From NCBI GenBank assembly GCA_964234715.1, contig OZ174287.1: a stretch of 64,000 bases of DNA, one strand, 5' to 3'. The position numbers and the translations under genes were made by a program. Positions 10,301 to 21,850 of the stretch are shown here, in pieces. The notes under the pieces were generated by a model, which was not told the origin of the DNA, did no database searches, and saw nothing but the letters and a program-made list of their open reading frames with translations. This stretch comes from Podarcis melisellensis. Lineage: Eukaryota. Within the stretch, counting starts at the first letter, position 1. Each line of letters begins with the position of its first letter.

Positions 10301-12060
10301 GATCATCTACTTGGTAATGAACTTCATTGAGCAAAAGAGAATTAGCTGCATAAGTGCTTTTTTCTAAAAAAAACAAGGCTTAAATTGGTTTAACCACACC
10401 TAATGTAAAAACAGAAGCAAATGGGTGGTGCTCACCCCTCACACAGAAGGCACTCATTTTGCGTTATGAAAGGGAGAACTGGGACCAGAAGGCAGAAGGT
10501 AGTGTTACAGGAAGAAAGCTGAAATTGAAGTCCACAATCTCATAAGGAAATCTGAAATCATACACAAATGTCTTTGTTGCATTTATTAAATGGTAAATAA
10601 GGGAAGGAACAGCACATCATATGCTTACATGGATTAAACATTTCCAATAGTGTGAAGCAACACTCCAGTCCTTTTCACCATTCCATGTCAAACATCACCA
10701 GAGGTGATGTTCCTGAACATTCCTGGACCCCAGAGTCACACTATACTGTCCCTGTCACTCTTCTCTGATGTCTCTATGTGCCCAGAACCTCCTAGAACCC
10801 GATCAAAGTCTTCCTTCAACAGATTGAACTCAAAATCTAGCAACACTTTATTCTTTTTTTACTATCCCATCAGTCATACTCTTTCCTCTTCCCATGGCCT
10901 AACTGCCCCAATTGCCACTTCCCATGTTTCCAATTCCCAGTTGTTAAGACTTCATCATTTTATTTACCTCTAGTTTTCCCAGCCAACTAGGCTTTTTGAG
11001 ATATATAGAATCCAAATCAGGAACACAAAATAACCATCCCATCACAAATATAAATACGTCATTATAACATCTGCAACTGCCATATAGGAATTAGCATGAG
11101 GGATGCTTATACACCAAGGAGAACTGACACTGAAATCAAATTTTATTTTGTTTTCCAGATATGGTTGCTTGTTTCAAATGCCCAGAAGATCTGTATCCAG
11201 GAGAGGACAAAACTCAATGCATCCCCAAAGCAATAAGGTTCCTGGCTTACAAAGAAACATTAGGATTCAGTTTGACTTTAGTTGCTGTTTCTTTTTCCCT
11301 GATCACAGCTTTGATGCTAGGAATTTTTATTAAGTACAGAGATACCCCCATTGTCAAAGCCAACAACCGCAACCTCACCTATGCTCTCCTCGTCTCTCTT
11401 TTTCTCTGCTTCCTCTCATCTTTGCTGTTCCTGGGCAAACCTGAGAAAGTGACCTGCCTTCTTCGCCAACCATCCTTTGGGATTGTCTTCTCAGTGGCTG
11501 TTTCTTGCGTGCTGGCAAAGACCGCCATTGTTTCTCTAGCATTCTTGGCCACAAAACCTGGATCCAGAATGAAGAAATGGGTGGGGAAAAGCCTATCCAA
11601 CTCTATTGTCCTTTCCTGTTCCCTTATTCAAGTCATTATTTGCACTACGTGGTTGGCAACATCTCCCCCATATCCTGATTTAGACATGCACTCATTAACA
11701 GAAGAAATCATTCTACAGTGTAATGAAGGGTCCACTGCCATGTTTTACTGTGTCCTTGCCTACATGGGACTCTTGGCAATCATGAGCTTCTTTGTTGCAT
11801 TTCTTGCACGGAAATTACCAGATAGTTTTAATGAAGCCAAGTTCATCACATTTAGCATGTTGCTCTTTTGCAGTGTGTGGGCCACCTTTGTGCCAACCTA
11901 CCTGAGCACCAAGGGAAAAGACATGGTGACTGTGGAGATCTTTTCCATCCTGGCTTCCAGCGCTGGGTTATTGGCTTGTATCTTCTCTCCTAAATGCTAT
12001 ATCATTGTTTTGAAGCCTGAGTTGAACAGCAGGGAGCAAATGTTAAGGAAAAATATTTAA
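4349..12060 (+). CDS. Vomeronasal type-2 receptor gene 1 (V2R, Vmn2r26-like), 5'-partial: exons 3-6 at 4349-5197, 5577-5804, 9394-9520, 11159-12060
   Basis: Venus-flytrap motifs ([27 protein letters not shown]), a nine-cysteine domain ([17 protein letters not shown]) and a 7TM domain ([52 protein letters not shown]). All introns are gt-ag with compatible phases and no stops. Exons 1-2 are not in the window. Confidence 0.9.
5900..9064 (+). mobile_element. Near full-length, intact Rex1/Babar-type non-LTR retrotransposon in intron 4 of V2R gene 1
   Basis: Single 981-aa ORF, short GT-rich 3' UTR, AATAAA at 9030-9035 and a (TATTATC)n-like tail at about 9041-9064. Possible TSD TAAAAG at 5894-5899 and 9065-9070. 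The 5' boundary is uncertain between 5900 and 5930. Confidence 0.88.
5939..8884 (+). CDS. Rex1-type LINE polyprotein: APE endonuclease, reverse transcriptase and DUF1891-like C-terminus (981 aa)
   Basis: APE motifs: [41 protein letters not shown] motifs: [57 protein letters not shown]-terminus: [48 protein letters not shown]. No stops or frameshifts. Confidence 0.92.
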   Translation: MAARIDAAAQCSPFVFSAFCFVFIILLVLSMSGRARKIYSRQELLKVGLQCEQAVRADYFRPDNVPVGVARPPGSPWITMPPGRRRRRRRDRRQRRGCRAGVLVRLQRSPSKPPLPSIFLANVRSLANKMDELRLQAAKNSLVKDCCVLFVIETWLQPSIPDTAIQLEGCAVHRHDRGMDFGKTKGGGLCVYVNKCWSNNSNTVGSHCSPDLEYVAVKCRPAYLPREFTAVMLTAVYVPPDANANLALGCLQSLISSQQDKYPEAVHIIAGDFNHVELKTVLPTLYQHVKCPTRGDKTLDKVYSNVNHGYRALQLPHLGQSDHMSLFLVPAYIPLRKRAPTISRTVKIWPEGAIHQLQDCFERTNWDIFDRSDLEEHTAAVLCYINHCTDTVTVNKSIRFYPNQKPWMNREVQCLLRERNRAFRSGEVQLYSVARANLKRGIRRAKLDYRQRIEDNLRSNNTRQMWQGIQHITNYKPNLGAVDGDPLLAEELNLFFARFEKEPPETPVLQPPAHRGPSFTVEEHEVRQVLRMVNPRKAAGPDGITGKVLKGCADQLARVFTKIFNKSLHQSIVPPCLKSSTIVPLPKKSTISSLNDYRPVALTPIIMKCFEKLVRRHIISCLPSTFDNYQFAYRANRSTEDAITTTLHAALSHLELPGSYVRLLFVDFSSAFNTILPHRLVSKLEAIGLSNSTCLWVLDFLSERSQRVRVGSHMSTALSLNTGSPQGCVLSPLLYTLYTYDCTAIYSSNKIIKFADDTTVVGLISGGDESAYRDEVERLCVWCGENNLALNTAKTKELVVDYRKKKADIQPLYINGERVERVAEFRFLGVTIDQGMTWSANTTALVKKAQQRIYFLRLLKKNNLSERLLVSFYRGSIESILTYCICAWFSSCTARERKVLQKVITTAQRIIGHPLPSLEELYGSRCLRKANNILQDSSHPGYSLFALLPSGRRYRNIKSRTNRLKNSFYPRAVAFLNAVTR
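9570..9767. mobile_element. Penelope-like element remnant forming a perfect 74-bp inverted repeat
   Basis: Arms 9607-9680 and 9695-9768 are exact reverse complements. The sequence (GTAGCCGTGTTGGTC..AGCACCTTAAAGACCAAC..GAGCTTTCGTG..CTGAAGAAGTG) resembles reptile Penelope terminal repeats, from recall rather than a search. A 12-bp TSD TAAAATTATTGG lies at 9558-9569 and 9768-9779. Confidence 0.75.
9677..9715 (+). ncRNA. Minimal hammerhead-ribozyme-like motif (Penelope-associated type)
   Basis: CTGAAGA (9681-9687), an extra A, stem II GTGTGC-AT-GCACAC, GAAA, a palindromic AGCT in place of helix III, then the cleavage-site C (9710). Helix I is only partly paired (GCAT vs ATAC). Confidence 0.55.
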
Positions 12061-12061
12061 T

Positions 12062-12101
<40 letters not shown>
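12062..12101. repeat. (TAC)n microsatellite directly after the stop codon of V2R gene 1
   Basis: Direct reading. Confidence 0.95.
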
Positions 12102-12102
<1 letters not shown>

Positions 12103-12384
12103 ACATTTAGAGATTTAAAAGTGACCTACTAAGGTCAGCAGAAAGGTTGGAAAACATCAGAAAGCCAGAAAACTGGATGCTAAGCAGAAATCTGTGCACA
12201 AATAGAACAATTGCCATTTGCTGATCCCTTTTTGCCCGCAGCCTCTTACTTTCTGGACTGTATGACTTGGTATTTGGAAATAAGAGGCATGGGCAGAAAG
12301 TCATTCCAACCCTGTGTACCTCTCTCAGTGCTTTCCAAGTTAGGCGGACTGTCTTTTCCCCAAATTAAATGTGTGTGGACCACT

Positions 12385-12430
12385 GGATAGCTCAATTGGT
12401 TAGAGTGTGCTGCTGATAACACCAAGGTCA
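12385..12430 (+). mobile_element. tRNA-derived SINE 5' fragment (tRNA-Ile-like head)
   Basis: GGATAGCTCAATTGGTTAGAGTGTGCTGCTGATAACACCAAGGTC contains an A-box and anticodon arm, but there is no T-arm/B-box or 3' acceptor strand. Confidence 0.6.
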
Positions 12431-12452
12431 TCAGAGTGGCCAAGGTTAGGCC

Positions 12453-12611
12453 CAGTGCTTTTTTCTTTTTTTAAAAAAAAATGTTTAGAGGTACTCTCAT
12501 TTTCCTACTCATATTGAAATACTGCCCCTAAATGAGGCCAAACATAGATTCACAAAATGTTTAGGGGTATGTGTACCTCTGTGTGTCCCCCCCCCCCCGA
12601 AAAAAGCACTG
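12453..12611. mobile_element. hAT-type MITE
   Basis: TIRs CAGTGCTTTTTTC / GAAAAAAGCACTG. 8-bp TSD GTTAGGCC (12445-12452) / GTTATGCC (12612-12619). Confidence 0.8.
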
Positions 12612-12739
12612 GTTATGCCCAGTGGAAATATGGGAAACTTGAAAGCAGAACCTGAGTACAACAGCACTCATAAGAAAGTAAGAAAAACCTGCTGGATCAG
12701 GCATCCTCTTCACACAGTGACCAATCAATTGCCTGCAGG

Positions 12740-12914
12740 CAGTGGCGAAGCTGCATGCTCCGGCACCGGGGGCAGAGAGCAGGTTGGTGGCTGGTTGGCA
12801 TGGTGTGTGTGGGGGTGTTCATGGCACGTGTTGGGGGGTGTGGACATGATGGTACCCCCTTCCCCGATGGTGATGGGGGCGGTGCGCTTCCCTGCCCCCC
12901 TTCCTCTGCCAGTG
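12740..12914. mobile_element. GC-rich hAT-type MITE nested in an old CR1 3' UTR
   Basis: Ends CAGTGGCG.. / ..TGCCAGTG. Perfect 8-bp TSD CCTGCAGG at 12732-12739 and 12915-12922. Confidence 0.75.
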
Positions 12915-14059
12915 CCTGCAGGGAACTTTCAAGCAGGATTCAAGCACAAGATCATTCTTTCCTTAGAAACATAACATGATCTATGAAGTGTAGGTAGCTG
13001 CTTCCCCCTGGTGTTGAGAATGAGTAATGATTAATATGTGTGTTCCTTAGTCTTTTGTAGGATAATCCGAGGGGCCTTTCCACCATGGGTTTCTCTCTCT
13101 CTTTTTTTTAGCATGGATTTGTTGAGTGTAAAGATATGGAGGCAGTTTGAAAGCAGAATAACTGTGTTTGGTGTATATACAGGCATTCAAAATCAAGTGA
13201 TGATGACTATGTGAGGATGGAGAGGAGGGCTCCTGCTCACTATAACTCTGCTGTTGCATTGTTTCTGAACACCAAAACAGGGCTTGTGGTTGTGCTTAAC
13301 CCATCAAGCTTTGGAAGATAGCAAACAGTGTCATCTCTGCTGCATATCACAGAGATGTCTTTGGCATTTCTGCCTAGGTGAAGTTCATGGCTAGAATGTA
13401 GCCTCCAACAGGAATGCAAAAATTCTATCCATTGCTCCATTCACTTTGCCCAATGCTCCCCACCCACTAGTATATGGCCCTCAAAAGATTGCAAATGCAT
13501 CAATGTGGCCCTGCATATTAACACCCACAAACAAACAGCTGCTGTAATATGAACAGAAATTTACCTTTGAAGACTATGGAAGAGAGAACCAGTTCAAGCA
13601 AAAGTACCATTTTCCCCAATTAAATTATGAGAGAGTTGAAAGAGAAAACTGGTCCCAGGTTCATATGATGGACTAATTGAAGAAATGAGTATGTATCACT
13701 GATTTAAAGAGGAATCTCTTTCTGAAAATTTGCACAGTCATCAGGATAAAAGCACCAGCGCAGACTTTTGGCAATCTGTGACAGGAGGCTAGAAGTATTA
13801 TACTGCAATAATCCTATTAATATTGTCCAATCTGAGTTATTACATGATGTGTTGCATCAGAGCATAGCCATCATGCCTAATGCCATCCATGTTCAAGTCT
13901 AATGAAAGTTTGTCTTCTGCACTGTGTGAAGACGCAAGGTGTGTTCCATTTTGTTGCTTCATATGTGTTGTGCTTTGTCTTGTAAATTTTAAGATTGCTT
14001 TATTGTATTGTTATGAGTTTGTGGGTGACAGACTCATCTAAGTTCCTTGGTATTGTAAG

Positions 14060-14622
14060 TGTTAGAATTTAATCAATGCTTGTGGTGTTAAACTGAATGC
14101 CAGGCCCATCACTCAGCAAGTCTTGAAATATAAGTCAGGATAGCTTATTGTGTTCATGGAATCACCGGGGTGTTGGGCTAATAAGGGAGAGCAAAGGAAA
14201 GGTGATGAGCCATTGAGAAAGCAAAGGAAATGGGACTCTGTGCCAGACGTCAAATGGGTAGGGCCCCTCCTCTAGTTCTTAAATAGTTAGGACAATGCCA
14301 GAGTTGAGGGCAATGTTGGCTGTGATGTGATCTAGAAGAAAAGCAGACTGGAAAGCAAGAGCGGCAGAGCACAATATTTGATTTCTGTGTGAATCTAAGG
14401 ATTTGGCTTTGAGATAAACAAGGGCCTCTTGTGAAACCATCCATTGTAGGCTCAAGTTGTGTATATGTGTAAATAAACAATATATCATAAAGATACCAGA
14501 GTCTCCACTGCGCCTAATTTCAAAAAAAAAAGAAAAGAAAAAGAAAAGAAACACAGATCCTGGGTAAGTGCCAGGAACCCCTGGAATCTCAGACTGCTTA
14601 GAGATTAATGTGGTGTGGAACA
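14060..14622 (+). mobile_element. Possible solo LTR
   Basis: TGTT...AACA ends, TATA-like TTAAATAG near 14280 and AATAAA near 14472. A related start (TGTTAGAATTTT..GTGTTAAAACTG) occurs near 33758. No TSD found. Confidence 0.35.
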
Positions 14623-14724
14623 GCATTTTTATATTTTTACATTTTTTAAAATTGCTCCTTTGATGATAATACACCAAGGTATTACATTATTCAAAGGGGG
14701 ACATTGATTGGTTATCCACTGAAA

Positions 14725-15438
14725 NNNNNNNNNNNNNNNNNNNNNNNNNNNNNNNNNNNNNNNNNNNNNNNNNNNNNNNNNNNNNNNNNNNNNNNNNNNN
14801 NNNNNNNNNNNNNNNNNNNNNNNNNNNNNNNNNNNNNNNNNNNNNNNNNNNNNNNNNNNNNNNNNNNNNNNNNNNNNNNNNNNNNNNNNNNNNNNNNNNN
14901 NNNNNNNNNNNNNNNNNNNNNNNNNNNNNNNNNNNNNNNNNNNNNNNNNNNNNNNNNNNNNNNNNNNNNNNNNNNNNNNNNNNNNNNNNNNNNNNNNNNN
15001 NNNNNNNNNNNNNNNNNNNNNNNNNNNNNNNNNNNNNNNNNNNNNNNNNNNNNNNNNNNNNNNNNNNNNNNNNNNNNNNNNNNNNNNNNNNNNNNNNNNN
15101 NNNNNNNNNNNNNNNNNNNNNNNNNNNNNNNNNNNNNNNNNNNNNNNNNNNNNNNNNNNNNNNNNNNNNNNNNNNNNNNNNNNNNNNNNNNNNNNNNNNN
15201 NNNNNNNNNNNNNNNNNNNNNNNNNNNNNNNNNNNNNNNNNNNNNNNNNNNNNNNNNNNNNNNNNNNNNNNNNNNNNNNNNNNNNNNNNNNNNNNNNNNN
15301 NNNNNNNNNNNNNNNNNNNNNNNNNNNNNNNNNNNNNNNNNNNNNNNNNNNNNNNNNNNNNNNNNNNNNNNNNNNNNNNNNNNNNNNNNNNNNNNNNNNN
15401 NNNNNNNNNNNNNNNNNNNNNNNNNNNNNNNNNNNNNN
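14725..15438. other. Assembly gap (714 N)
   Basis: Run of n. Confidence 1.
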
Positions 15439-15850
15439 ATAACAAACTGCCTGGTAACCCTTAGCTCCTCAAGCTTATGAAGATCCCCCATTCCCCGCTC
15501 AAACTTTGTTTTGAGAATTTCGCTTTCATCCTGTCCTTAACATTTCAAGCTGAAAATTCTTGCCACTAAGCTGTAGTTAATTCTACACAGCAAATGCATT
15601 GTTGAAAAAAATGTTTATTCTAATGTCCTTGAGCAAGGTGGAGTTTGACAAGCCTTCAATGTACAATTTAGCTCTCTTTGTGTCCCTAATCAAGGTTGGG
15701 ACTTAATTCCCCCCCCCCTTTGGTGTTTGCTCATTGCAAAAGCTTGGAACTGACTTCTCACTCCTCTTTGAGGTCAACATGGTGTGTGTATTCGGGGGGG
15801 GGGGGGGAAGGAACCTAAAAATGCTATTCAGGAAGAAACAATTATGCCCC

Positions 15851-16006
15851 CCTGCAATTATCTACTCCATCATGACTTGATCACAAGAGTCTCCCAAAGA
15901 AACACTAAAAAACACGTAATAAGCAAGTCTGAAAGTGCTTATGCACCAGCTGCTGTGCCATTGAGAGATGGGAGTAGGAGCAAGATGCAGGCAGGACTCT
16001 GTCAAT
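15851..16006 (+). promoter_or_regulatory. Conserved V2R upstream block, gene 2 copy (candidate promoter/5' region)
   Basis: CCTGCAATTATC about 305 bp upstream of the ATG, then TGGGAGTAGGAGCAAGA and GGCAGGACTCTGTCAAT, colinear with the regions upstream of genes 3-6. Confidence 0.5.
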
Positions 16007-16158
16007 GCAATTTCTCCTTGTTTTTCCCATCTTTCATGTTAGGATTTGAATTTTAAGTCAGAGCATTGGCAACCTCTATTTGTTTCCAAGGCATGTGTTT
16101 ATAACCATGTTGATGGTGTCAGCCCTTTAACTCAAAAAGCTGCTTTTGATGAACCATA

Positions 16159-19100
16159 ATGCTTTGGTTTCTAGAATTGCTGCTTCTGCTGCCTAACATA
16201 ATTTGCAATGTACTCTGCCCTGTCAGTGATCCTTTTCCTGTTGTAAATGAATGGTATCAGCCTGGTGGGTTCATTGTTGGTGGGATTACTTCTCAGATTG
16301 TTAGTATGTTCAACGAAATTTCATTCAAGCACCCACCTTCTCAGGACCTGTTTGAAATACCGGCGTAAGAAATTATTATTTTTTTCTCTTTGTGTTGCCT
16401 GGCCCCAGTACAGTCACAAAGATTTGTTTATGCCTGTGAGAAGTTACTCAATTAAAGTGCATGTATGCTTAATTCAGTGTAAGAATATTCTTTCTTGATC
16501 TCTTGTCCTTTGTACCACACACACAGGGTTGCTTCTCCTGTAAAAAATGACCCTTTTAATTTTAGTGGTATGCAATTTCTCAGCAGTATGCTATGCATGT
16601 CTAATGAGCCCAAAACCTCGTTGAGTCCAATGGAGCTTACTCCCACGTAAGTGTGTAGAGGATTTTAGGTTGCATCAGATTTGCATGAAACAGAATTCCT
16701 GACACAGATCTTGGCCCTGAATAATTTGGGGAACTAGCACAGTGTTTAATTAAGTGTTAAATGCCTAATTGAGGTGGGAGAGTAAGCACATGGACATCTT
16801 ATCTAATTCAGCATTCCTACAATAGGAAACCAGGTTCCTACAGAAAGCCCCAAACACTATATGAGCACAATAATTGCTCTCCCATATTGTTCTCGAACAA
16901 GTAGAATTCAGAACTATGTTGTCACTGATCCTGTAGATTCCATGTGGCCATCATGATTAGGAAAGATGAATAAACTTTATGGATTTCTGTAATCACTTCT
17001 CTCTTAAAAGCTTTAAAAATAAATAAATAAATAAATAATACCTCTGTTATGACAGCATCTCTTTCTATACAATTCTGAAAGAAATTATTCTACCATAAGC
17101 TTTCTATTGCATCTCCCCATCTATAGAACCTTCTGCGCTGGGAGGACTGCTTTGCCCCTACTTTATCTTCATTTCTGCTTTGAGCAATGACATTTTCATT
17201 TTCCCAGACATTCTGGCAGCACTAATGATTCAATGCTTTTACTCTATGTTTTTCATATGCTTATGTATTTTTATTACTGTATTTATTCTTCTTGCAAATC
17301 ATTTCATGACCTTCTAGAACACAAAGATAAATTAAGTAAACCTAATCTTGCCTAAACTGAAGAATAAAGTAAACTATCAGCTGCAAAACATATGTAACAA
17401 CTCAAAGAATGCCCTTAAACTCCACATAAATTGGAAATTAAGTGAAAGATTAATTGAGCTCTATTTGCAGGGTTCTGCCAAAATTCTATCAGCATGCCCT
17501 AGCTTTGGCATTTGCTGTAAATGAGATCAATGAGGACCCCAAGATCTTGCCCAATGTCACTCTTGGGTTCCACATATATGACAACTACTTTGATGCAATG
17601 ATGACCTACCGTACCACTCTGGATGTGTTCTGCAAACCACACAGCTTTTCCCCTAATTACAAATGTGATGCCCATAAAAACCCCATCGTTGCTATTGGGG
17701 GACTTGGCTCTGATACTACCTTCCGCATGGACAACATCTTAAGTCTCTACAAGATACCACAGGCAAGATATTTGAATGGGTCAGTAACTGATGTTCTGTG
17801 AGTGTTCTGGTGATTCTGAATGTCTGGTGAATGGTGGAGGGACTAAAATCAAGAGAAAATCCTTGTGGAAGAGTGTTTTACCCTTACCCTATTTAAGTAT
17901 TTGTATGCCAATGTGATGTTAATAAGGTGGTGGAGGAAGCAGGGATGTGTGTGTTAAACATGTCCTCTTAGTCACACTTCTCGTTATGTGTTACATAGCA
18001 ACTGCCTGTTTCAGAGAGCCTACCATGTATTCTAGAACTAAGGAGACAATTCTTGAAAAATTGAGAAGGAATCCTCCCCATGTAGAGGTTGTTCCATGTG
18101 ACACATGTTCTCCTTCCAAGTCATGGAGTGGGGGAGCAGACTAGATCACTATCTCCCCTGCTCTACATGGGCCCTGTTTGACAGGTGACATCAGGTGGCT
18201 TTTTTGCCCTATGTATGCCTTGCAGAACACTTAGTGGAGGCCATTGTGAAAAGCAGGTCAGCTTGGCTTGGACAAAAGGGTCACATCGTCCAAATGTATA
18301 AAGGAGTATAAAGTTTGCCACCTATCATAGAGAATGACCAAGAGCACAATGCAGGTACTAATGTAAGTGCACTCCTTCCTTGATCAGACTTAATATTATT
18401 TAGTGGAGGATATGTCTGCTAACTCCCTGGAAAAGACCCTGATGTTTGGAAAGATTGAGGGCAGAAGGAGAAGGGGATGACAGAGGACGAGATGGTTGGA
18501 CAGTGTTCTCGAAGCTACCAGCATGAGTTTGACCAAACTGTGGGAGGCAGTGGAAGACAGGAGTGCCTGGTGTGCTCTGGTCCATGGGGTCACGAAGAGT
18601 CAGACACGACTAAACGACTAAACAAAACAACAACATGTCTGCTAAGCCTGCAAATTCGTTCAACAATTATTTGTTCCATAAAAACTGCTAGCATTTAAAC
18701 ACTGGTCCTAAACTATCTCTGTTTGAAAATTCTCTTTCAGTTCATGTATGGCACATTTCACCCAGAAGAGAGTAATCCAGGTCAGGTCCCCTCCTTTTAC
18801 CGCATGGTCCCCACTGAAGCCCCACAATATATGGGGATTGTCTGGCTACTTCAGCATTTTGGATGGACATGGGTTGGACTCTTTGTTGTAGATGGTGCCA
18901 CTGGAGAAAATTTCCTGCAGACCCTGGAACACTACTTTTCCCTGCATAATGTATGTTCAGCTTTCACACAGAGACTCCCAGAACAAGCAAATCTGAAGGG
19001 CTTAAATGCTTTCCCTTCCATTTCCTTAGATATATATGTACATTACATTAAAACTACAGCTAATGTTTTCATTTTGTATGGAGAAAATTTAACATTTACA

Positions 19101-21850
19101 TGGCTGATGACTGTTTTCTTTTTTTGGGGAGACCCTCACAAGGGAAAAACCACATTGTTGGGAAAGGTGTGGATTATGACAACCCAGATTGATTTTATGT
19201 TATCAGGCCTTCAAAGAACCATGAATTTACAGCAGTTTGATGGTGCCATTTCTTTCACCATTCATTCAAAAGACCCCCCAGGCTTCAAAGAATTTCTCCA
19301 AAACATTAAACCGTACAAGAACAAAGGAGATGGTTTTCTCAAAGATTTTTGGGAGCAAGCATTTGACTGTTCCCTTCCCAATCCTGGTGTACCAACAGAA
19401 AACAGTTGTATGGGAGAGGAAAGTCTTGAGAGTCTTCCTGATGCTCTCTTTGAAATGCACATGACGGGCCACAGCTATAGCATCTACAATGCTGTGTATA
19501 GTGTAGCACATACGCTGCATGTTATTGACACATCTAGATCCAATCACAAAGCAATATTGGCTAGCAAAAAAATTGAACTTCAGCATCTCAGGCCTTGGCA
19601 GGTAGTGTCTCAAAGTTTGTTTGTTTTCATTATTATCATTTCACTGAATGTACCATTGCAAAATGTGATTACATATTAAATCAGGAACTTATTGCAAAGG
19701 CACACACAATGGGCAACAACTTCAATGGGAAGAGGGTGTCCCTCAAGGACCTGGGTCCAAAGATCTTTATAGCTTTCCATCTTATTTATAAAACCTCAGG
19801 TTCAAGCTGGAAACAAATTGGCAGCTTGTGCAGGTCTCTATGTGTGAATGTATTAGGGTCCCATTCTACTTATAAACCTGGAAATACCTTATCGGGATTC
19901 AGATTCAATTTACTCTCCCTTGTCAAGTAGATCACAGAGGCCTGTTGCATGTTCCAAATTCTCCTGGTCTCAACTCAGAAATTGAGCTAGGTGTCATCTA
20001 CAGCTCAAGTGCAAAATACCTGGCATAAAATATTTGTTTGAAGTCTCCAAAATATTATTATCTCTTTGGAATTTATTATTTTTCTTCTTTCTGTTAGCTC
20101 TACCCATTTCTTCAAGGCATTTCTTTTAACAACTCAGTTGGAGAAGCAATGTTCTTCAATGACGAAAGGGAAATAGAAGGAGGATTTGACATTGTGAACA
20201 TAGTCACATATAAAAACAGGTCATTCCAGAGAGTGAAAGCTGGAAGTGTGCATCCCAAAGACCTCGGAGAAAAAGAATTCATCATTAATGAAGATATAAT
20301 AATGTGGCACAGAACATTTAACCAGGTGGGAAGTTAGGGTACACTTTGAAGAAATATATAGTAGGGTTCAGTGGGATCCAGATGCAGGTTATTTATGCCC
20401 CACCAGTCACTTTTCTCAATTGGGAGACAACCTCAGACTACTTACATTTTGATGTTTGTTTTTTGTTTTGTTTTTAAAGTTCAATTCTAAACACATTTCC
20501 TGTTTATGGATAGATGCTTCCTGTTTCTGTGTGTAATGACTACTGCCCCCCTGGTTATCAGAAGAAAAAGAAGGAAGGGGATAAATTTTGCTGCTATGAC
20601 TGTGAGCAATGCCCTGATGGGAAGATTTCAAACCAGATTGGTAGGTGACTTTTTCCATTGTACAGGGTTGAATAATTCAGAATAATTCTGGAACACGATT
20701 TTTAATAGTTAAATTATCTTTGTTACAATATAGAGCCCTGGCTAGCCAGTCAGTCCTGGAATCAGACTGGTTCCAGAAATCTTTCAGAAATTAAGAGCGC
20801 AAGAAGCATTCAAACCTAGGCAAAGTTTCTTGACACAAGAAAAGCCCACTTAACTTAGTGCGATGTCTGAGTAAAGATACAATTTTGATTGCTGTGAATA
20901 TCCATGACTTATTAATGAATTCAAATAAAAATAGGATCTGTTTCTATATTTCAGACATGAGCTACTGTTTGAACTGCCCAAAACATCAATATTCCAACAT
21001 GAAGAGAGACGGATGCAACCCCAAAATAAAAAGCTTTCTGTCTTATGAAGAACCTTTAGGGATCAGTTTAGCCTCCCTTGCTATTTCTTTTTCCTTGATT
21101 ACAGTGTGGGTGTTGGGAATCTTTATTAAGTACAGAGATACCCCCATTGTCAAAGCCAACAACAGGGACCTCACCTACACTCTCCTGTTCTCCCTTTTGC
21201 TCTGTTTCCTCTCATCTTTGATGTTCCTGGGCAAACCTGGGAAAGTGACCTGTCTTCTTCGTCAACCATCTTTTGGCATCGTCTTCTCAGTGGCTGTTTC
21301 TTGCTTGCTGGCAAAGACTACCATTGTTTCTTTAGCATTCATGGCCACAAAGCCCGGATCCAGAATGAAGAAATGGGTGGGGGGGAACCTGTCCAACTCT
21401 ATTGTCCTTTCCTGCTCTCTTATTCAAGCCAGTATTTGTACTATGTGGTTAGCAACTTCTCCCTCTTTCCCTGATTTAGACATGCTCTCGGTAACAGAAG
21501 AAATCATTATGCAATGCAATGAAGGGTCAGTCGCCATGTTTTACTGTGTCCTCGGCTACATGGGCCTCCTAGCCATTGCTAGTTTCGTTGTGGCATTCCT
21601 AGCCCGCAAGTTACCTGATAGTTTTAATGAAGCCAAGTTCATTACCTTCAGTATGTTGGCATTTTGCAGTGTGTGGGTTTCATTCCTTCCAACTTACCTG
21701 AGTACCAGAGGGAAATACATGGTGGCTGTGGAGATTTTCTCCATTTTGGCCTCCAGTGCTGGTTTACTGGGTTGCATATTTTCACCAAAATGCTACATAA
21801 TTTTGTTCAGGCCAGAGCTTAACAGCAAGGAGCAACTAAGGAAAAGATAA
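16159..21850 (+). CDS. Vomeronasal type-2 receptor gene 2 (V2R, Vmn2r26-like), complete, 869 aa: exons 16159-16364, 17471-17762, 18741-19601, 20098-20325, 20514-20640, 20955-21850
   Basis: Signal peptide [12 protein letters not shown], then [47 protein letters not shown], and VFT, NCD3G and 7TM motifs. Exons sum to 2610 nt in frame. The exon-2 donor is non-canonical GC (CAG|gcaaga). Confidence 0.9.
18423..18634 (+). mobile_element. RTE-BovB 3' fragment in intron 2 of gene 2
   Basis: Same family as 1459-1803, with a (CAA)n tail. 11-bp TSD ATGTCTGCTAA at 18412-18422 and 18635-18645. Confidence 0.9.

Noticed and set aside
12385-12430. Possible tRNA-Ile gene
   Set aside because: No T-arm/B-box or 3' acceptor strand, so it is better explained as a truncated SINE head.
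14687-15491. Three ORFs of about 250 aa
   Set aside because: Artefacts of translating the N gap.
20858-20954. N-terminal extensions of exon ORFs (also 56945-57041, 48686-48820, 35850-35900)
   Set aside because: Chance open frames in intron or 5' sequence. Splice acceptors and paralogous ATGs define the real boundaries.
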